Shown here one piece after another: positions 58,059 through 64,000 of a stretch of DNA of 64,000 nucleotides. The stretch comes from Nitrosopumilus sp. GTDB taxonomy: Archaea; Thermoproteota; Nitrososphaeria; Nitrososphaerales; Nitrosopumilaceae. The notes under the pieces are model-generated. The model did not search any database, was not told the origin of the DNA, and saw only the letters and a list, made by a program, of their open reading frames with translations. Every line of letters begins with the position of its first letter. Position 1 is the first letter of the stretch. The stretch is from contig OZ241857.1 in assembly GCA_965203315.1 (NCBI GenBank), positions 608,001 to 672,000 of the forward strand, read 5' to 3'. The translations under genes and the position numbers were made by a program.

Positions 58059-60572
58059 TTGGTACGTAAAAAGACTACTAAAAAAATACCATCTAAGAAA
58101 GAAGTCAAAGGATATGTACATTCTCAAACCAAAAGAACAAACAATCCGCCGGTTGGGCTTGCCAAACAAGAACAACACTCACAAGAACAACAAAAATACT
58201 CTTTTGATCCTAGGCTTGATCCTCAGCTGTACTGGTCAGGTAAACAAGAAAATACATCATTTGAAATAGATACTGTATCCATACACGTACATGAACGAAT
58301 TGATCCGAGTACAATACTAGAGAAAGTAAAACGAACAAGCTCGTCAAAGACGATGACAGAATTCTTTGACACGGATGAGAACAATCCTCCACTATACAAA
58401 GCGCTAGATTTCTACGAGCATGAACAGGGGTGGTCCAACAGAATGATTGCTGGAGATTCTTTACTGGTTATGAATTCTTTACTGATCAAAGAGAATATGA
58501 GAAACAAAGTGCAGATGATTTACTTTGATCCTCCATATGGAATCAAGTATGGTTCTAATTTTCAACCATTTGTAAATCAACACAGTGTACAAGATGGTAA
58601 AGATGAATATTTGACTTCTGAGCCAGAGATGATCAAGGCATTTCGAGATACGTGGGAATTAGGTATTCATTCATACCTAACACACATTAGAGAGCGTTGT
58701 TTATTCGCTAGAGAATTATTAACAGAGTCAGGATCAATGTTTATTCAAATCTCTGATGAAAACATACATCTAGTAAGAACAATAATGGATGAGATATTTG
58801 GACCAAAAAATTTCATAAGTTTAATTACATGGCGTCGTAAAACAAATTCAATGGGCGCAAAATTAATGGCGTCTGTCTCTAATTATATTATTTGGTATGC
58901 AAAAGATAAAGAAAAAATTAAATATCATAAATTGTTTGAAGAACGTGATCCAGAATTAGGCGGCGTGTGGAGTTGGGCAGAGTTACCTGACGGTACTAGA
59001 AGAAAATTAACAAAACAAGAAATAGAAAAACCAAAATCAATACCCCATACTAGTAAAATATTCAGATTATATGATTTAGCACCATCATCATTTAGTGGAC
59101 AGTATACATTCAATGTTATGTACAAAGGCAAAGAATATGGGCCACCATATAGAAGTGGTGGACGAAGTTGGAAGCATAATAAAGAAGGTATTAAAAAACT
59201 AATAGAAAAAAATAGAGTAGAACCGTCTAAGAATACATTAAATTTTATTGCTTATTGGGACGATTTTCCTTATAATACACTAGACAATCAATGGGATAAA
59301 CAGTTAATTTCAACCAACAAAAAATATGTAGTTGAAACATCACCAAAAGGGATTATGCAATGTATGTTAATGTGCACAGATCCAGGTGATCTTGTATTAG
59401 ATATTACGTGTGGCTCAGGGACTACCGCATATGTAGCAGAAAAATACGGAAGACGGTGGATCACATGTGATACGTCACGAGTAGCATTAAACCTAGCACA
59501 GAGGCGCTTAATGACATCTGTCTATGATTATTATGAGTTAGTGAATTCAAAAGAAGGAGTATGTGGAGGATTCAAATACAATACAGTAACAAATATTACG
59601 CCGGGATCACTAGCAAATGATGAGCCACCTAAGCAAGAAACCTTATACGACAAACCCCACATCGACAGATCAAAGCATCGCATATCTGGCCCCTTTACGG
59701 TAGAAGCAATACCTTCCCCCGTAGGAAAATCAATCGACGTGTTGCATGAAGAGTTTGAAAATATGTCTGATCATATATCATATCAGAAAGAATGGCGAGA
59801 CGAACTATTACACACAGGTATTCGTACCAGAAACAACAAGAGATTAGAATTTACAGATATCAGTACTAGCAAAGAGACCAAATGGATACATGCAGTAGCA
59901 AATACTAGAGAGGATAATCCACAAGTATCTGTTGTATCGTTTGGTCCACCTCACGGACCATTAACCACCGTACAAGTATCAAACGTACTAGACGAAGTTG
60001 AGCACATACGACCAAAGCCAACTATTGTGATATTTGCAGCCATGCAGTTTGATCCAGAAGCATCAAAGATAATCAAAGAGACCAAATGGAAAGGAGTAAC
60101 TATTCTCAAAGTAGATATGAACAAAGATTTGTTGGTATCAGACCTCAAAAAGAAACAAAGAGATAGCGAGTCATTTTGGGAAGTGGGACGACCCGACTGT
60201 ACACTAATAAAAAATAATGGCAAATACATTGTCAAAGTAAACGGGTTTGATTATTACGATACTAGTACAAACAAGATTGTATCAGGAGATACATCTAAAA
60301 TATCCATGTGGATGCTAGATACAGATTACAATGGCCTCAGTCTATATCCAGAACAAGTATTCTTTACAAAAACTGTAGGTAATCAAAACAACGAGATGAA
60401 GAAACTAGCCAAGACATTAAACCGAAGTGATGATATCATAGACGAGTCGTTGATAGAACAATACACAGGCACAGAATCTCTACCATTTGTGCCTGGAGAA
60501 CACAAACGTATAGCAATTAAGATCATCGACGATAGGGGAATATCCACACTAGATACCATAGATGTAGAATGA
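58059..60572 (+). CDS. mod: Type III restriction-modification methyltransferase subunit
   Basis: VQMIYFDPPYG and VLDITCGSGTT. C-terminal IAIKIIDDRG. Overlaps res (ATGA). Confidence 0.93.
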   Translation: MVRKKTTKKIPSKKEVKGYVHSQTKRTNNPPVGLAKQEQHSQEQQKYSFDPRLDPQLYWSGKQENTSFEIDTVSIHVHERIDPSTILEKVKRTSSSKTMTEFFDTDENNPPLYKALDFYEHEQGWSNRMIAGDSLLVMNSLLIKENMRNKVQMIYFDPPYGIKYGSNFQPFVNQHSVQDGKDEYLTSEPEMIKAFRDTWELGIHSYLTHIRERCLFARELLTESGSMFIQISDENIHLVRTIMDEIFGPKNFISLITWRRKTNSMGAKLMASVSNYIIWYAKDKEKIKYHKLFEERDPELGGVWSWAELPDGTRRKLTKQEIEKPKSIPHTSKIFRLYDLAPSSFSGQYTFNVMYKGKEYGPPYRSGGRSWKHNKEGIKKLIEKNRVEPSKNTLNFIAYWDDFPYNTLDNQWDKQLISTNKKYVVETSPKGIMQCMLMCTDPGDLVLDITCGSGTTAYVAEKYGRRWITCDTSRVALNLAQRRLMTSVYDYYELVNSKEGVCGGFKYNTVTNITPGSLANDEPPKQETLYDKPHIDRSKHRISGPFTVEAIPSPVGKSIDVLHEEFENMSDHISYQKEWRDELLHTGIRTRNNKRLEFTDISTSKETKWIHAVANTREDNPQVSVVSFGPPHGPLTTVQVSNVLDEVEHIRPKPTIVIFAAMQFDPEASKIIKETKWKGVTILKVDMNKDLLVSDLKKKQRDSESFWEVGRPDCTLIKNNGKYIVKVNGFDYYDTSTNKIVSGDTSKISMWMLDTDYNGLSLYPEQVFFTKTVGNQNNEMKKLAKTLNRSDDIIDESLIEQYTGTESLPFVPGEHKRIAIKIIDDRGISTLDTIDVE

Positions 60573-63295
60573 CGGGCATAAAAAACCTAATAATCTGTGA
60601 TCCATACAAGAAACCGTCGCACTATTGGCAATATAATGATACAAAGAATGAATGGTCCAAGATACCAGGTAGAAGACCGTTCGAGTACATGCCAGGCAAA
60701 GCCACCACACTTGACGATCATACAGAGGTACAAGAAAACCTCGTAAACAAGATTCGTAATCTAGTAGATTTATGGCGTGATGCCGGATATCCATACATTA
60801 CAGGCATAACTCGAGAGTTGTTAAACCATTGGAATGATAACTCTTTTCGAGTTTATCCATACTTTTTCTGCCAACTAGAAGCCATAGAGACTCTGATATG
60901 GCTGATAGAGACGCCTGATACTGAAAAAGAAGATATTGTTATTCCGTCAGATGGAGGATTATTTGAACGATTATGTTCCAAGATGGCCACCGGCACAGGC
61001 AAAACTGTAGTTATGGCCATGTTGATTGCTTGGCAAGTAACAAACAAGGTAGCATATCCTAGAGATGCTAGGTTTTCTAAAGATGTGTTGGTAATGGCGC
61101 CAGGCATAACAGTAAAGTCTCGACTAGAGGTACTAGTGCCATCTAGTGACGATAATTATTACGATACATTCGATATTGTGCCGGATTCATTGCATGATAT
61201 GCTACAACATGGCAATATTACAATACACAATTGGCACAAACTCCAACCAGAAGAAGACAAATCAAAGAGTGTTGTGAAACTGGGTACAGAAAGCAATGAG
61301 ATGTTATCTAGACGAATTTTAAAACACAACAACAAAGATATCATAGTAATAAATGACGAAGCACATCACGCATATAGAAAATCAGATAGTTCGGTAGATA
61401 AGTTTGAACGGGAACGAAACACGATTTGGATAGATGGGTTAGATAGAATCCACAATGCACGAAATATAATAAAATGTTTTGATTTTTCTGCCACTCCATT
61501 CATACCAACTGGAAAGAATATATCAGAAGAGATGATATTCAACTGGATTGTGTCAGATTTCTCGTTAAACGATGCAATCGAATCTGGTTTAACAAAGACA
61601 CCTGCCATATCAGTCAAAGATGACACTAGAGATACTTGGTCAAAGTTTTATCACATATACAAAGAGAGAGCTATACAGGATAATCTCAAATCGTCAACAA
61701 AACTTGACGTACCGTTGCCAGAACTAGTTATAGTTGCGTATACGATGCTAGGTGAGCATTATACAAAAATAAAGAAGAGTTGGCTAAAAAGCAATATACC
61801 GCCAGTAATGATCTCAGTATGTAACAATACAAACACAGCAAAACGAATTCTACACGCTTTTGATACTGATCGGTTTAAACTTGATGAGCTATCTGATCCA
61901 AAGTACATGTTGCATATAGATTCCAAGAGTTTACAACACGCAGAGTCAAAAGATACTATCAACGCCAATCAAGACGAAGACCTCCGAATCAAAGTAAACA
62001 CAGTAGGCAAGGATGGCAAACCTGGCGAACAGATCAGAAATGTAATAGCTGTCAACATGTTATCTGAAGGATGGGATGCACATAATGTAACGCACATCAT
62101 GGGTTTGAGAGCATTCTCTAGTCAATTATTATGTGAACAAGTAATAGGCAGAGGCTTGAGGCGAATGTCTTATGACATAGATCCCCAAACTGGACTATTT
62201 CGTCCAGAATATGTGTATGTTATGGGAGTACCATTTACATTCATACCGCACGAGATACAAGAACAGAGTGAACAAAAAAATCAAAAGCCGCCAGTAAAAG
62301 TATTTCCAGATAAGACAAAGAAACAGTACGAGATATCATGGCCAAACATAGAAAGAATAAATTCAATATACTCAAAGAGACTCAAAGTAAATTGGAACAA
62401 GATTAAACCACTTGAACTGACCAGTGAAAATACCATCATATCTATGAAACTAGCTTGTATTACTGACGGTAAACCTCATCTAGACCAATTAGAAGAATCC
62501 AAACTAGAAGAAATAGCCAAAGAGATAAGAGAACAGACAATAATATTTACTACAGCAAAGAGTGTGTTTGAGAACATAGAATCTGAAAATAAAAAAGGCA
62601 AAGAGATTGATTGGTTTGACACTCGTAACAACATGTATCTATTTGTACAAGTAGTAAAGCTAGTTGAAGAGTTTATTGCTCGTAAAAAAATATACGTGCC
62701 AGACATACTAGAAGATAATCTTCGGAAAAAGATGACAATATGGTTCAATATGGAAAAAATAGTAACGTATGTGTGTAATGCAATAAAAAATGACGACAGA
62801 ACCACAACACATGTTATTTTAAATCCACTAAAACCCACAAGATCGACAAGTGACATGCGTGTACTACCTACCATTAAAAGTACTGTGCCAACAAAGAAAT
62901 CACATCTAAACTATGCAATATGTGATTCCGGGTGGGAAGAAATAGTAAGTAAGGAGCTCGACAGAAATACAAAGATTGTATCATGGTTTAAAAATTATCA
63001 TAGTGGTTTGTTGATATCATACATGGACAAAGATGGAATACACAGATACATTCCAGATTTTATAATCAAACTAAAAAACAACATAAACTTGATACTAGAA
63101 GTAAAGGGTCAAGAGAAAGAGAAAGACGTACAAAAAGAAAAGGGCCTAGCAAACTGGATCAAGGCTGTAAACGACAACGGCAAATACGGCATATGGAAAC
63201 ACGACACGTTATTTGATCCACCAAAGATTACCAACATGATTGAAAAGTACAGTCAGATTCATTCCAGTAAACAATCACTACCAGAATCTGCATAA
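60569..63295 (+). CDS. res: Type III restriction endonuclease/helicase subunit
   Basis: KMATGTGKT, DEAHH, SATP, EGWD, EQVIGRGLRR, and C-terminal YIPDF...ILEVKG nuclease. Confidence 0.93.
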   Translation: MTGIKNLIICDPYKKPSHYWQYNDTKNEWSKIPGRRPFEYMPGKATTLDDHTEVQENLVNKIRNLVDLWRDAGYPYITGITRELLNHWNDNSFRVYPYFFCQLEAIETLIWLIETPDTEKEDIVIPSDGGLFERLCSKMATGTGKTVVMAMLIAWQVTNKVAYPRDARFSKDVLVMAPGITVKSRLEVLVPSSDDNYYDTFDIVPDSLHDMLQHGNITIHNWHKLQPEEDKSKSVVKLGTESNEMLSRRILKHNNKDIIVINDEAHHAYRKSDSSVDKFERERNTIWIDGLDRIHNARNIIKCFDFSATPFIPTGKNISEEMIFNWIVSDFSLNDAIESGLTKTPAISVKDDTRDTWSKFYHIYKERAIQDNLKSSTKLDVPLPELVIVAYTMLGEHYTKIKKSWLKSNIPPVMISVCNNTNTAKRILHAFDTDRFKLDELSDPKYMLHIDSKSLQHAESKDTINANQDEDLRIKVNTVGKDGKPGEQIRNVIAVNMLSEGWDAHNVTHIMGLRAFSSQLLCEQVIGRGLRRMSYDIDPQTGLFRPEYVYVMGVPFTFIPHEIQEQSEQKNQKPPVKVFPDKTKKQYEISWPNIERINSIYSKRLKVNWNKIKPLELTSENTIISMKLACITDGKPHLDQLEESKLEEIAKEIREQTIIFTTAKSVFENIESENKKGKEIDWFDTRNNMYLFVQVVKLVEEFIARKKIYVPDILEDNLRKKMTIWFNMEKIVTYVCNAIKNDDRTTTHVILNPLKPTRSTSDMRVLPTIKSTVPTKKSHLNYAICDSGWEEIVSKELDRNTKIVSWFKNYHSGLLISYMDKDGIHRYIPDFIIKLKNNINLILEVKGQEKEKDVQKEKGLANWIKAVNDNGKYGIWKHDTLFDPPKITNMIEKYSQIHSSKQSLPESA

Positions 63296-63470
63296 AACAG
63301 TCATCGTCATGTTTGTATGTAACTCGCCAATTGTTGTTATTTAGATCTTTGAGATTCCAATACGTCAGTTTTTTTCTTGGCTCTTCTTGAACAAGCATCT
63401 TGGGATCTTTTCGGTTTGTGTGGGATAGTATTTGACGAGGTTTTTTTCTGATTTCCCCGTAACCGTGCTA

Positions 63471-63681
63471 TACCAAAGTGCAAATGTATTTTCCAAATAG
63501 ATCGTATAATGGCATGCATGTACTTTTGAATACATTTTTACGAAAATCAAAGGGACATAATTTGGACGATTTTGCCCGTAGAAATAAGATATGCGCTGTC
63601 ATCATTACCGGATGATTGCACACATAAAAAGTACATATGCTTTTTTGTTGTCGTCTTGGAAAATACTTTTGCACTTTGGTA
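63471..63681. mobile_element. MITE (211 bp) of the IS630 family
   Basis: TIRs match those of the IS630 at 47281 (one mismatch in the left TIR), with TA flanks. Interior is homologous to 7891-8091. Confidence 0.92.
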
Positions 63682-63709
63682 TATCTTTTGTAGTGTCATG
63701 GCATGAATA

Positions 63710-64000
63710 CTATTCCCTCTTAAAAACAGTTGTGGTATTCTTTAGATCGTTTGGTTCAACTTCAGATACGCTACACCACATTATATGCATGTCCAAAGAT
63801 GCAAATTGATCATCTAATTTATCAAACCTGTCGAATATTGCGTTACTAGCAAAATCATAATCGTCGTGCTTATAAATCACAATCAATTTTATTACATCTC
63901 GATCAGAGTTGTTCTCATAACACACCTGCTTTATGAAATCAACATCAAATGCTTCAACAATCTTTGGTTTTATGTTATCAATGTCTTGTTGAGCAAGTCT
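63710..64000 (-). CDS. Partial paralog of 26894-27298 (runs off window end)
   Basis: KPKI.EAFD.DFIKQVCYENN...VIKLIVIY.HDD...NTTTVFKRE is shared with 26894-27298. Confidence 0.8.
   Translation of the reverse strand, partial: RLAQQDIDNIKPKIVEAFDVDFIKQVCYENNSDRDVIKLIVIYKHDDYDFASNAIFDRFDKLDDQFASLDMHIMWCSVSEVEPNDLKNTTTVFKRE

Overview
AT-rich archaeal DNA, most likely from a Nitrososphaeria/Nitrosopumilaceae (thaumarchaeal) host or one of its large mobile elements. This is inferred from the MCM and GINS23 sequences, the C-x-x-H-P-W cupredoxin motifs and the archaeal pilin-like N-termini. No rRNA, CRISPR array, integrase, capsid or Orc1/Cdc6 gene is visible. From 1 to about 50 kb almost all genes lie on the minus strand and look like the backbone of a self-replicating element. 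That backbone has a type IV pilus/secretion module (ATPase, prepilin peptidase, membrane protein, two pilin-headed large proteins), a translationally coupled operon leading to TFB-like and MCM genes followed by GINS23 and a single-strand annealing protein, a second TFB-like gene coupled to a ParB-like gene, a cupredoxin-thermonuclease surface fusion, and many small Zn-finger ORFs. The defence cargo is heavy: four restriction-modification systems (MmeI-like IIL, NotI-like plus m4C methylase, Type ISP, Type III; three carry lesions or a non-canonical start), a triplicated and mosaic wHTH/UPF0175-PIN toxin-antitoxin array, HEPN/MNT-like and AbiE-like pairs. Mobile DNA includes three full-length IS (IS630 and two IS5-family), three MITEs and a nest of IS remnants. 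Most notable unexplained structure: near-perfect short tandem repeats inside and between genes, two of them ending exactly 68 bp upstream of the TTG start of an RM gene; a poly-C tract between a TATA box and a start codon; an 85-nt decayed class II tRNA-like sequence; and strong CTAG enrichment.
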